From positions 4,096,001 through 4,160,000 of the forward strand of contig OZ243961.1 of NCBI GenBank assembly GCA_965214605.1: a stretch of DNA of 64,000 nt, read 5' to 3'. The notes below the pieces were generated by a model that worked only from the letters and a program-made list of their open reading frames with translations, had not been told where the DNA came from and did not search any database. The stretch is from an uncultured Candidatus Binatia bacterium (GTDB taxonomy: Bacteria; Desulfobacterota; Binatia; Bin18). This document shows, in pieces, positions 39,821 to 49,309 of the stretch. Numbering within the stretch: position 1 is the first letter of the stretch; each line of letters begins with the position of its first letter. A program made the translations under genes and the position numbers.

Positions 39821-39995
39821 GTCCCCCTACCGCCTCTCACGTCCCCCTCCTAGATTACTTTGAGGGGCCTGCTCGCTCCCGGCGGACCCGCCGCGCCGCC
39901 AGCTCCCCCACCCCTCACGTACGCGGATCCACGTAGAAAAGCCCGTTGAAGGTGAGTCGGACGAGCCCCCACCCCCACGTACGCGGATCCACGTC
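39810..39995. repeat. Two pairs of direct repeats in the nrdJ leader/start region
   Basis: CCGCCTCTCACGTCCCC at 39810 and 39830; CCCCACCCC(TC)ACGTACGCGGATCCACGT near 39906 and 39968. Confidence 0.75.
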
Positions 39996-40087
39996 CACGG
40001 ATCAGCAAGTAACCCGAAATAAAACAGTAAAACGAAGATCCTTCCTGTATCATAGGAAAATGGCACCCTACATCATAGGAAAGTAGC

Positions 40088-40143
40088 ATACAACATATAG
40101 TAGTGTCAAGGATCATAGGAAAGCAGCACACAACATATAGTAG
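40088..40143 (-). promoter_or_regulatory. Tandem NrdR boxes upstream of nrdJ
   Basis: Minus-strand CTACTATATGTTGTGT (40128-40143) and CTACTATATGTTGTAT (40088-40103) match acaCwAtATaTwGtgt at all invariant positions; both lie in a duplicated 40-bp unit. Confidence 0.75.
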
Positions 40144-40216
40144 TGTCAAAGATAAATAGTATATCATTGAAATCTCTTTCTCTATTTTGTATTTCCGGCA
40201 CATACTAAAACCGTGT

Positions 40217-40690
40217 ATGGAAAATACCCAACAATCCAAGGGCTGGAATTCGGTCGCCGAAGTGTTGAAGAGTCTTTTATCGGCTCTGCCTATTGCAGGT
40301 CGGGTGAAGGATTACCATGTGTGGGAGATCTGGGAAGAGACGGTTGGTCGGGACATCGCGGCGACAGCATGGCCGAGCAAGATTCAGCACCAAAAGCTGT
40401 TTGTGACTGTCTCTCATCCGGCCGTTATCCAGGAGCTGCAGTTCATCAAAGGACGTATTGTGAGTAGTCTAAACCAGGCCCTGGTCGAGCATGGAGCGCA
40501 ACCGGTCAGGGCTCTTTTTTTCGTGCTGGGTCGTCCCCAAGATATGGCCAGGCCTCCTAAAGAGCCGGCCGGTCTGCCGCTACCACCGTTTTCCGAACTC
40601 TGCGTTCCTAACCTGGGCAAACCTGAACTTGAAGCCGCGTTCGCCACCATCTTGGCCAAGCGTCGTCAGCGTCTGGCCAAAAAATGCTGA
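40217..40690 (+). CDS. DUF721/DciA-like protein
   Basis: W..WEETVG.DIA....P......KLFVTV..PAVIQELQF pattern. Confidence 0.8.
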   Translation: MENTQQSKGWNSVAEVLKSLLSALPIAGRVKDYHVWEIWEETVGRDIAATAWPSKIQHQKLFVTVSHPAVIQELQFIKGRIVSSLNQALVEHGAQPVRALFFVLGRPQDMARPPKEPAGLPLPPFSELCVPNLGKPELEAAFATILAKRRQRLAKKC

Positions 40691-40925
40691 ACGCCGATGG
40701 CTGCTTCCAGCTGTGTCGCAGCAGGGCCTGGGTTGCCACCCGGACACCGCTGTGGGTCGGCAAGACATCTAAGCTCAGGGTTGTGCCATGCCGCACGCCA
40801 TCGGTCGGAGTTTGAGGTGTGGCCTCAACTGCCTCTAAGCCTAGGCTTTGGTTCTGTTCGCCTAAGTATAATCACGTTGGTAAAGATCCCACCACTATCG
40901 ACAACAAGGTGCATATCTCCCGCCT

Positions 40926-42512
40926 TCAGCCGAGTTGGCCCACTGCTTTGACTTTGAGACGCACGGCATTCCCCGGCAAATAGGCCAACGGAATCTCCTC
41001 TTGGTCGATAATCTCAATACTCTCAGGCTTTGCCCCGGCCGCAATTGCTCGCTTGGATGCGTGTTGGGTGGCTTGGTCAAGAGCCTCGGCCCGGCTCAGC
41101 GTATCAAGCGAAAAGATCTGATCGACCGTGCCGCTGACCTGGGCAATTGCCACACCAATGGCGTTGGCGACTTCGGCGTGTGGCGGACGAATAATCTGGG
41201 TGGCCCCCCGCAACTGATTGGGTAGCAGCAGATTGCCTCCACCGACCGCCACAACCGGGACCGGAGCGGCCGACAGCTTCACCCGATCAAGCGCGTCTTC
41301 TAGATGCTGAGCGATATGGGCCAGCCCTGCGTCCACGACCGATCTGGGCACGGAATCGACCTGGCTAGGATCGCCTAGCCGAGCCCGACCGGCCGCAATC
41401 GCAAGATCGGTGGCGGTCAGCTGTTGACCACCAAAAGCTCGAGCGTCTTGGGTCAGCCGATAACCGACGCTGTCAGGACCAACCCGGCAGCCATCGTTGC
41501 TATGTACCCGGCTGCCCCCACCGAGCCCGATCGACACCAGATCCGGCATCCGAAAATTGGTCTCCACGCCACCAATCTCAACCGCTAGAGCGGACTCACG
41601 CGGAAAGCCCTTGTGGAGCATCCCGATATCGGTCGTGGTGCCGCCAATATCGATGACCAGTGCCTCCCCAAGCTGACTCAAATAGGCCGCTCCCCGGATA
41701 CTGTTCGCTGGTCCAGACGCAATGGTGAAGATGGGATACTGCAGGGCATAGTCGATAGACATCAGACTACCGTCGTTCTGGCCCAGAAATAGGCGAGCCG
41801 GAATGTTGAAACGTTGAACGGCACCCGCAAAGCCGTCTATGGCGGTCCGGGCCACACTGATCAGCGCGGCGTTGAGTACCGTGGCGTTCTCGCGCTCCAG
41901 CAGGCTGACGCTGCCGATCTCGCTCGACAGGCTGACCGCTACATCGTCGCCCAAGACCTCGTGGACTAGCTCGCGCGCGGCGTGTTCGTGTTCTGGATTG
42001 ACCGACGAGAACACGCCGCTAATTGCCACGGCTGCGACCGTGCCGCGCATGTCTTGGAGAGTAGTCCGAATCTCCCGAGCGTCTAGCGCCGCCAACGGCT
42101 CGCCGTTGTACTCGTGGCCGCCATGGACGATAGACCGTGCCGCGCACACCGTCTCGCGAAGGTCGGGTGGCCAGGTAAGCAAGGGCTCAATCGCCCGGGT
42201 GGCCGGAGCCCCGAGGCGAATGACGCCAACCCGATTGAGGCCCTGTCGTGTGACAATCGCGTTAGTGCAGTGGGTAGTGCCCAGCATGGCATAGCCAATA
42301 GCGTTCGGCGCCAGCCCGGAGTCAGACAGCACAGTGTGTATAACATGCTCAACGCCGGCCGTAACATCGACCGTGGTAGGAGACTTGGCACTGGCCAACA
42401 CCTGACCTGTCGGACTAACAATGACCGCATCTGTGTTAGTCCCGCCGACGTCTACGCCGAGACGTAGCTCAGCCGCCGGAGAGTCATGAGGTCGAGGCGT
42501 GGAGAGGGACAT
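40926..42512 (-). CDS. Hydantoinase/oxoprolinase family protein
   Basis: LGVDVGGTNTDAV, GTTHCTNA, LLERENAT.LNA, SGPANSIRGA, DIGGTTTD and VANAIG motifs. Confidence 0.92.
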   Translation of the reverse strand: MSLSTPRPHDSPAAELRLGVDVGGTNTDAVIVSPTGQVLASAKSPTTVDVTAGVEHVIHTVLSDSGLAPNAIGYAMLGTTHCTNAIVTRQGLNRVGVIRLGAPATRAIEPLLTWPPDLRETVCAARSIVHGGHEYNGEPLAALDAREIRTTLQDMRGTVAAVAISGVFSSVNPEHEHAARELVHEVLGDDVAVSLSSEIGSVSLLERENATVLNAALISVARTAIDGFAGAVQRFNIPARLFLGQNDGSLMSIDYALQYPIFTIASGPANSIRGAAYLSQLGEALVIDIGGTTTDIGMLHKGFPRESALAVEIGGVETNFRMPDLVSIGLGGGSRVHSNDGCRVGPDSVGYRLTQDARAFGGQQLTATDLAIAAGRARLGDPSQVDSVPRSVVDAGLAHIAQHLEDALDRVKLSAAPVPVVAVGGGNLLLPNQLRGATQIIRPPHAEVANAIGVAIAQVSGTVDQIFSLDTLSRAEALDQATQHASKRAIAAGAKPESIEIIDQEEIPLAYLPGNAVRLKVKAVGQLG

Positions 42513-43557
42513 AATCAATCTCGTAGCCAAATGCACGCGGGCCGACCAGGTCCAGGCCGGCCGGGGTGCGCCACTGGTCATGGCTCGGAAAACCCAAGAC
42601 CGCAACTCGCAGGCCGTATTTTAAGCCTTCGGTCGTGATTGGACGGCCGCTCTGTTCGTCGACGATCGTAATCAGATCGGGGACTGTGGCCTGGGGCTGA
42701 CCCTCGCGCCAGAAGAGTAGATTTTCATTCTGAAAGGCCAACCGAAACGTGACCCCAGCGTCCGGCCCAGTTCCTCGGATATCCAGTTCACCTCGGGCAA
42801 ACCCCTGTAGAGTCTGGCGCCGTACGTCGGTGATCTTGCCCTGGCCTAACTGTCGTCCGTTGAGCAGCCCGATCAGCGCCTCGACCGGATCGTCGGTGGT
42901 GTGAACGTACAAACTCCGGCCAATCTGCCGGGCGAGGGACAGCGTGCCACGAAGCAGGGCCTTTTTTGCTATCCGAGCCTGCATGGGGTAGAGTGCGACA
43001 GCGGTCGAACAACCCATGGCGACCGTTGCCGTTCGGGCCAAGTGCTCGGTCCAAAAATTATCCTTCGTCTCCAGCAACACCTGATTGCCCTTTTCGTCGC
43101 CAATCGCCATTGGCGTGGCCGACACTCCGTGTAGAGTTGGGGTAACCATCTGAATTTCCGGAAACGCCCTGCCCATGCCATCGGCGTCAATGATCGGCAC
43201 GCCTAGGCTGGCCGCGACCAGCATCGGAATCATGGAATTAACCCCACCGGCCTCAATCGACAGCGTGGCAAAAGCTCGACACTGCAGTCGGCGTTCGACC
43301 ATCCGAAAGGCGTGTAAGACTTCGGTGCCGCTGGGAATCTTTTCGACTAAGACGGTTGGGGCCCCCATCATTGCGGTGGGGATGATCCACGCCTCGTCCG
43401 GGACCTCGTCGAGCGAAAGCAGCCGAATTGGACCGTGACGGAGAACCGCCTGTTGGGCCATCAGCTTCCCCAGGGTTGGGTCGCCACCGCCCCCAGTACC
43501 CAGGATAGTAGCTCCCAACGCAATATGTTCCAGGTCTTCAAGCTCAAGCAGGGTCAT
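42484..43557 (-). CDS. DUF917 domain protein
   Basis: GATILGTGGGGD, MGAPTV..EK, IEAGGVN, DADGMGRAFPE, FQNENL and TVPDLI motifs. Confidence 0.9.
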   Translation of the reverse strand: MTLLELEDLEHIALGATILGTGGGGDPTLGKLMAQQAVLRHGPIRLLSLDEVPDEAWIIPTAMMGAPTVLVEKIPSGTEVLHAFRMVERRLQCRAFATLSIEAGGVNSMIPMLVAASLGVPIIDADGMGRAFPEIQMVTPTLHGVSATPMAIGDEKGNQVLLETKDNFWTEHLARTATVAMGCSTAVALYPMQARIAKKALLRGTLSLARQIGRSLYVHTTDDPVEALIGLLNGRQLGQGKITDVRRQTLQGFARGELDIRGTGPDAGVTFRLAFQNENLLFWREGQPQATVPDLITIVDEQSGRPITTEGLKYGLRVAVLGFPSHDQWRTPAGLDLVGPRAFGYEIDYVPLHASTS

Positions 43558-44693
43558 CTCTTCTCGTCCGAGAAAAACCGCTGACACCCCAAAAATCCGG
43601 CCGCTGAGCGGGTCTGACCGTCGAGGGCCAGCTGGCTGAGGATCTCGCCCAGCACGTTGGCAAACTTAAAGCCGTGGCCCGAGAGTCCGGCAACAAAAGC
43701 CACCTGTGGATGCTCGGGGTGTTGATCAACAATAAAGTGTTCGTCCGGACTCATGGTGTACATACACACCACATGGTGTTGGCGCCGCCGGCTGACCCCC
43801 GGCAGATAGCTGGCCAGAAAACGCTCGACCTGGTCTTGATCGTGTGTATCGACATCCCGATCAACCGTGAGCGGGTTGCTGATGAGCTGTCCGCCTGAGT
43901 GCTCGGCCACTTTGAGGCCAAACCCGTCGGTCGGCGGAAAACCGTAAAAATGGCCCTCCGGGGTCTCGTAGAAATAGCATGGACAGCTAGACTCTCGATA
44001 AACGGGATCGTCGATTTCGTACCAAAACAGTGACTTACGCCGAATAGTAAAGGGGATGCCCAGCCCGCCTAGCAGTTGGCCGGCCCATGCCCCGGCGGTG
44101 ATGATGAGCCGCTCGGCCGCATACTCCGCCCGCTCAGTGGTGACAACCACCCCTTGGCCGTCGGTCCGCCAGGCGCGGACGACTTCATTGCTGTGTACCT
44201 GTGCACCGGCCCGTTGGGCGTGATCAATATGGGCTAGGACGCACGCCTCGACGCGCAGATAGCCGGCCTGTTGCTCGAACATGGCGGTCATGGTCGGGGG
44301 TACACGAAAGCCAGGGAAGCGCTGCTCGGTCTCCGCCGCACTCAGCTCATCGACCCTAAGACCGTGGGCGCGGGCGCTGGCCCGCACGCCGGGAACCATG
44401 GAACCCTCGGCCGGACCTACCTCAAGCAGGCCGGTCTCGGTGTACAGCTGCTGACCGCAGCGTTTGGACAACTCGCTCCACAAGCTATACGCCCGCTGCA
44501 GCAAAGGCACATAGTCCGGGTGTTCCATATAGGCTAGGCGAATGAGGCGCGTGTGGCCGTGTGAGCTGCCCCGATCGTGGCCGGGAGCAAAACGGTCGAT
44601 GCCCAGGGCTCGCACGCCGCGCTCGGCCAGATGAAACAGCGCCGCGCTGCCTACCCCGCCGGTGCCGATAACAATGCAATCGTAGTGATCCAT
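43554..44693 (-). CDS. solA: Monomeric sarcosine oxidase / N-methyltryptophan oxidase family
   Basis: GTGGVG FAD motif, HDRGSSHGHTRLIR, CMYTMSPDEHF (flavinylated Cys) and GLSGHGFKF. Confidence 0.9.
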   Translation of the reverse strand: MDHYDCIVIGTGGVGSAALFHLAERGVRALGIDRFAPGHDRGSSHGHTRLIRLAYMEHPDYVPLLQRAYSLWSELSKRCGQQLYTETGLLEVGPAEGSMVPGVRASARAHGLRVDELSAAETEQRFPGFRVPPTMTAMFEQQAGYLRVEACVLAHIDHAQRAGAQVHSNEVVRAWRTDGQGVVVTTERAEYAAERLIITAGAWAGQLLGGLGIPFTIRRKSLFWYEIDDPVYRESSCPCYFYETPEGHFYGFPPTDGFGLKVAEHSGGQLISNPLTVDRDVDTHDQDQVERFLASYLPGVSRRRQHHVVCMYTMSPDEHFIVDQHPEHPQVAFVAGLSGHGFKFANVLGEILSQLALDGQTRSAAGFLGCQRFFSDEKR

Positions 44694-45027
44694 AGCCGTC
44701 TCTTTCGTCTGTCTGGCAAGCAAAGAGGGGATATGGCCAGCATAGCGAAAGCCGTTTAAGAACACAAAGTGCTTATTACCTGCGTGACGAAAAAGAGGAG
44801 GATACGCGACAGTTCCTCGTTCTTTGTCGATGTCGAACGGCGAGTCTCGCCTGCCACGACCTAGAAACCAAAGAGCTAGCCCTGTTTGAGACGTCTCAAT
44901 AAAGAATTTTGTTGCGGGCCAAGAAATAGGGACTTCTCAACGGTCGGAAAATCACGTATACAGAGGGTCCGGATACCCGATACATAAAAACGACTAGTGG
45001 GTATCTTGCAAAAGATAGGAGGAGTCT

Positions 45028-45261
45028 ATGCGTAACGTGCCGACCGTCACCGCCCTTGCCCTCGCCCTTGGACTATGGGGAGCATCGCCGGCTGTCCATG
45101 CCGATCATCACGAAGGTTCAGGAATGGAACCCGCCGGGCAGGAAGCCAAAGAGGCACCGAAGGAGGCGACAATGGAGGCTTCTGGCGAGGCGTCATCCGA
45201 GGCCGCCGCACCTGAGAGTGGTAAGGAAGGAGCGGCTGAGGAGCCGGGTGGAGAAATGTAG
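45028..45261 (+). CDS. Small secreted acidic low-complexity protein
   Basis: AGGAGGAG RBS, signal peptide VHA|DHHE, Glu/Ala-rich body. Confidence 0.65.
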   Translation: MRNVPTVTALALALGLWGASPAVHADHHEGSGMEPAGQEAKEAPKEATMEASGEASSEAAAPESGKEGAAEEPGGEM

Positions 45262-45571
45262 GAAGGTCCCCGCTGGGCCGCATATACCAGCTTTTTTTTC
45301 AGACGTGAGTGCGGCCGACATCTCACGAGAAAAAAACCGCGCTCGCGAGCTGCGCCGCTCTGAGTGGTGGAATCGTAAGCGGGCGCCCGGCATCTGCTAC
45401 TACTGCCGGGGCCGCTTTCCATCCTTCGAGTTGACCATGGATCATCTGGTTCCCCTGGCGCGGGGTGGAAAATCGACCAAAGGCAATATTGTTCCGGCTT
45501 GTAAAGCGTGTAACAGCAAGAAAAAATACGCCTTACCCTGGGAGTGGGAAACGCACCAGAGTGGCGGATAA
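45248..45571 (+). CDS. Stand-alone HNH endonuclease (start uncertain)
   Basis: REK..ARELRRS.WW, CYYC, TMDHLVPLARGGKS..GNIVPACKACN motifs. Confidence 0.85.
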   Translation: MEKCRKVPAGPHIPAFFSDVSAADISREKNRARELRRSEWWNRKRAPGICYYCRGRFPSFELTMDHLVPLARGGKSTKGNIVPACKACNSKKKYALPWEWETHQSGG

Positions 45572-45595
45572 CGGGAGAATGTCAAAAAGGCGTGG

Positions 45596-46045
45596 TTACG
45601 ACTCAATCCAGTCGATAATGTAGTCGTTCAAACAGTCAAGGGAGACTAGCTTTTCCGACACAGTGCCGCCTCGGACCGAAATCCCAGCCTGATGGACCGT
45701 CTCCAGGCTGCCGGACACGAGCGGATGCCACCAGGCCAGCCCTTTTTCCTCGTGCAGCCGTCTGTAGGCACACGTCTGCGGCAGCCAGCGGACTTGGCCG
45801 ATGGTTTGCGGGCTGAGAATCCGACAGTCCGGTACCCAGCGTTGACGTTGGGCGTAGTTGGAGCATCGGCAGGTCTGGGGGTCGAGGAGATGGCAAGCCA
45901 CGTTAGTGTAAAATGTTTGATCGGAGTCCTCGTCTACAATTTTATGCAGACAGCAGCGGCCGCACCTGTCGCACAGTGATTCCCACTCGGCTTTGCTCAT
46001 CTCGCCCAGGGATTTTGTTTCCCAAAACGGTTTTGTTGCTGGCAT
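45596..46045 (-). CDS. YcgN/UPF0260 cysteine-cluster protein
   Basis: [30 protein letters not shown] and WHPLVSG motifs. Confidence 0.9.
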   Translation of the reverse strand: MPATKPFWETKSLGEMSKAEWESLCDRCGRCCLHKIVDEDSDQTFYTNVACHLLDPQTCRCSNYAQRQRWVPDCRILSPQTIGQVRWLPQTCAYRRLHEEKGLAWWHPLVSGSLETVHQAGISVRGGTVSEKLVSLDCLNDYIIDWIES

Positions 46046-46084
46046 TCCTGTCTCGTCTCCTCGGTCTACCCTGGCGGGTGATGT

Positions 46085-46459
46085 TCAGCTGACCGTAATC
46101 GCAACCCGTCCCTCAGAGACCGTCACCGGATAGGTTCGAATTGGTCTGCGGGCCGGACCACGTAGGGCCCGGCCTGTTTCCAAACTAAAACGTGCCCGAT
46201 GCGTTCGGCAGGTGACAACCGTACCAGACACCGGTCCGTCGGCTAGGGGGGAGCGGTTGTGCGAGCAAATATTATCAATCGCAAATATCCGCTCGCTCAG
46301 ATGAAAGACGGCCAGCCGTCTCCCTCCGACGATCAGCGGTGTGCCCTGTCCGTCGGGGAAGTCCGAGAGGGGAAACGTGTAGGTGCGGGTTGGGCGGGGT
46401 GCAGACGTGACCGACCGCCTATTCAGCCAGACCCCCAATTTTTGCCACATCCCTCTCAT
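46085..46459 (-). CDS. Rieske-type [2Fe-2S] ferredoxin
   Basis: AIDNICSH...VTCRTH.ARF...TG...GPA motif. Confidence 0.85.
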   Translation of the reverse strand: MRGMWQKLGVWLNRRSVTSAPRPTRTYTFPLSDFPDGQGTPLIVGGRRLAVFHLSERIFAIDNICSHNRSPLADGPVSGTVVTCRTHRARFSLETGRALRGPARRPIRTYPVTVSEGRVAITVS

Positions 46460-46471
46460 AGGCTGACATGC

Positions 46472-47596
46472 CTACTCCATCGGAAAACCGTACAGCCTGG
46501 CTGTATTGTCATGGACAATCTTTCGGGTGTCTTCCTCTGGAATTGAGGCAAAGTTCTGGGCCACCTGTTTACGTGAGAACGGCCACACCCCTTCGGTATG
46601 CGGATAGTCTGACCCCCACATGATGTTCTCCACTCCCATGAGCTCACGTGTCAACACGCCAGCCCGGTCGTCTTCGAATGTGGCGTAGAACTGACGATGA
46701 AAATAGGTGCTAGGCGGTTCGGGTAGCCGAGGTTCCATCCAACCCTTGTGGTCTTGCCACCAGTGATCCATGAAACCCAAGGCGGCCCCGATCCAGCCAA
46801 TGCCGCTTTCGACTAGGGCCCATTTGAGTTTGGGAAAACGGACCGGTGCCCCCCCCCAGATCAGGTGTTGCAAGGTATCGTTCATCTCAAACTTGACGAT
46901 ACCGATAATAATCCCGCCTGCACCCGGCCCGTGGGCGCGGCCAAACGGATCACGGCCGCCGATGTGGATGCTGGCAATCAGACCCATATCTTGCATGGCC
47001 GCCCACAACGGCTCCCAGTCGGGCATATTATACGGGCGGTCATCGACCCAGGCGGGCAACATCACGCTGACCAAACCGAGTTTGGCGCACCGTTCGGTTT
47101 CTTTGACCGCCCACTCAACCGGTCCCCGACACGGAATCATGCCCACGCCTTTCAAACGACCGGGATACGGCTGACAGAACTCGGCTAGCCAGTCGTTGTA
47201 GGCGCGGCAGCAGGCGTACAAATATTCGGCGTCGGGTGCTCGAACCAGGGTCAGGCCGATCCCCGGGTAGATGACCTCTCCGGACACGCCGTCCAGGTCT
47301 TGGTCCTTCAGACGCTCGTCCGGATCCCAGCAGCCCGGCCGGTTTTCTGAGTACTTAAACCCCTTTGGTTTAGGGATATCCAGCCCTTGTGCCTTGAGGT
47401 CGGCCATTGGGCCCTCAAAGGCCAGCGGCCGCGGGCGCAGCCCGTCGATGACGATATAGTCGCCGGTTTCATCCAGTGCCTCAATACGGGGGGCTTTGTC
47501 CCGCCACTTTTTGTCCATACGGGTGAGCCACAGATCGGCGGGCTCGACAATGTGGGAATCGGAAGACAGTAAGCGTTGGGTATATGCTGCGGTCAT
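46472..47596 (-). CDS. Amidohydrolase_2 family protein
   Basis: SSDSHIVEP, RLKDQDLDGV, AYNDWL, VESGIGW and MWGSDYPH motifs. Confidence 0.9.
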   Translation of the reverse strand: MTAAYTQRLLSSDSHIVEPADLWLTRMDKKWRDKAPRIEALDETGDYIVIDGLRPRPLAFEGPMADLKAQGLDIPKPKGFKYSENRPGCWDPDERLKDQDLDGVSGEVIYPGIGLTLVRAPDAEYLYACCRAYNDWLAEFCQPYPGRLKGVGMIPCRGPVEWAVKETERCAKLGLVSVMLPAWVDDRPYNMPDWEPLWAAMQDMGLIASIHIGGRDPFGRAHGPGAGGIIIGIVKFEMNDTLQHLIWGGAPVRFPKLKWALVESGIGWIGAALGFMDHWWQDHKGWMEPRLPEPPSTYFHRQFYATFEDDRAGVLTRELMGVENIMWGSDYPHTEGVWPFSRKQVAQNFASIPEEDTRKIVHDNTARLYGFPME

Positions 47597-47637
47597 TGGG
47601 CCTCCTTGGAAAATGAGGACGCACGGGGATCGTTTTG

Positions 47638-48087
47638 CTACTGACTGAGCGCGATTTTATTACACGTACAGGAGCCGATCTGATGAAGTTCAATCACATT
47701 GCCACACGGGTCTCGAACAAACACCTGATCAGAATTTTGGCCGACTAAACCCTGGATACTCCAGTACCAGATGCCGCGTTCGTCTAGCTCCTTGCGGGCC
47801 TCTTGAATGTCTTCGACGGCCAGGGCAACGTGCGGCAGAGTTGGATCTTCTTTTTCGCTTTTGGCCATGGGTGATTTTCCGTTGGCACCCATCAGATGGA
47901 TCTGGGTTGTCCGTTCCCCCTGGCCCACGTACATCCAGAAACCGGGGATAGTAGGAATATTGGGCCGGGCCGGGTCGGTGTCGAGACCTAAGACGTCGGA
48001 GTAGAAGCTGCGGGCCCGTTCGACTTCCTCCGGTTCTGTACCAATCCGAATCCCGTGATGGTGTAGTTCAACAACCTTAATCGGCAT
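47638..48087 (-). CDS. VOC/glyoxalase family protein
   Basis: LHHHGI, FYSDVLGL, QIHL, HVAL and FVRDPCGNVIEL motifs. Confidence 0.88.
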   Translation of the reverse strand: MPIKVVELHHHGIRIGTEPEEVERARSFYSDVLGLDTDPARPNIPTIPGFWMYVGQGERTTQIHLMGANGKSPMAKSEKEDPTLPHVALAVEDIQEARKELDERGIWYWSIQGLVGQNSDQVFVRDPCGNVIELHQIGSCTCNKIALSQ

Positions 48088-48226
48088 AGCCTCTCCTCCT
48101 TAAATCCAAGCGCTGACCGCCGCCTGGGCGGTCTAGTGCGTGCTATAGCATAAGAGGGGCACTTCGGAGAAGGGTGCCGAGCACTTGGACTGGAGCACCA
48201 GACGCAAAAGGGGAGAGGGAGGTCCA

Positions 48227-49252
48227 TCAATCGTTCTTGAAGCCGGGCATAATTTCTTTGGCAAAAATCCGCACCCCATCCCTATCGTACAGACCCGGAC
48301 GACGCAGGTTGACAATAAAATGGGTCACACCGACATCAATATAGGCCTGGATCTGACGGCGGATTTCCCCCAGGGTACCGACCAGTATCATCTTCCGGGC
48401 CTGTTCAACAGGAATGTTTCTCAGCCCGGCAATGCGTTCCAACAGGGGTCGGACCTCAGCCGGATTGGTTCGGATATAGACCGGAGTGAGGATTGAGCGC
48501 TCAATATCGTCACAATCCCGTTGTATCTCCTGGCACAGACGCTCTAAGACCTGGTTTTTTGCCCGAATTTGGTCTGGGGTGAGCATTGGAATATTCCACA
48601 TGGTGGCGTATTTGGCCACTAGAGGCAGGGTACGTGTCTCGCCAATGCCCCCGATCAAAATCGGAGGGTGGGGCTGCTGGACCGGTTTAGGCTCGAACGG
48701 GGCATCAACCAGGGTGTAATACGTGCCACTGAAAGACGCGGTCGGATCGGCTCTCCACAGCGCGGTGATCAGGTGCAGGGCTTCGGCTAGCCGTTCGCTG
48801 CGTTCTTTCATCTTCGGGAAGGGCACGCCAAAAGCCTGGTGCTCACGCTCAAACCAGCCAAAGCCGACCCCCAGGATGAGCCGTCCCTGGCTCAGATGAT
48901 CAACGGTGGTCGCCATCTTGGCCAAAACCGAGGGATGGCGAAACGTATTGCTGGATACCATGGTGCCGATCTGAACCCGAGATGTGACGGTTGCCATTGC
49001 CGCCAGCAGGGTCCAGGCCTCGAGGTTGACCTTGTCCGGGGGGCCCACGCTGGGTAAGAGGTGATCGTTGGTCCACAGGGTATCAAAGCCGAGCGCCTCG
49101 GCCTCCTGCCAGACGTCTTTGAGTTCTTGGACGGTGGTCTGCTGTTGAGCGACCTGCAGTCCAAACCGAATCGGCTTGGTGGTTGGTTGATCGGCAACGC
49201 AGACTGACGCAGACAGGAGAAAGATCAGCAGAGCTGAGAGGAAGCACTTCAT
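48227..49252 (-). CDS. LLM-class (probable F420-dependent) oxidoreductase with N-terminal signal-like peptide
   Basis: GFDTLWTNDH, LEAWTLLAA, FRHPSVLAKMATTVDHLS.GRLILG and PKPVQQPHPPILIGG motifs. Confidence 0.88.
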   Translation of the reverse strand: MKCFLSALLIFLLSASVCVADQPTTKPIRFGLQVAQQQTTVQELKDVWQEAEALGFDTLWTNDHLLPSVGPPDKVNLEAWTLLAAMATVTSRVQIGTMVSSNTFRHPSVLAKMATTVDHLSQGRLILGVGFGWFEREHQAFGVPFPKMKERSERLAEALHLITALWRADPTASFSGTYYTLVDAPFEPKPVQQPHPPILIGGIGETRTLPLVAKYATMWNIPMLTPDQIRAKNQVLERLCQEIQRDCDDIERSILTPVYIRTNPAEVRPLLERIAGLRNIPVEQARKMILVGTLGEIRRQIQAYIDVGVTHFIVNLRRPGLYDRDGVRIFAKEIMPGFKND

Positions 49253-49309
49253 CGTAATCCTTTCTGTGGATGCTGTCCCATTGAGGCGTTTTTACGTCTC
49301 AGCAGCAAC

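Noticed and set aside
39850-40050. Cobalamin riboswitch upstream of nrdJ
   Set aside because: I could not find the B12-box or other conserved elements by eye; left as an unassigned structured leader.
45056-45571. HNH gene as a mobile element or defence nuclease, and the 171-aa length
   Set aside because: It looks like the small stand-alone chromosomal HNH family with no intron, IS or phage context. The N-terminal extension overlaps another plausible gene.
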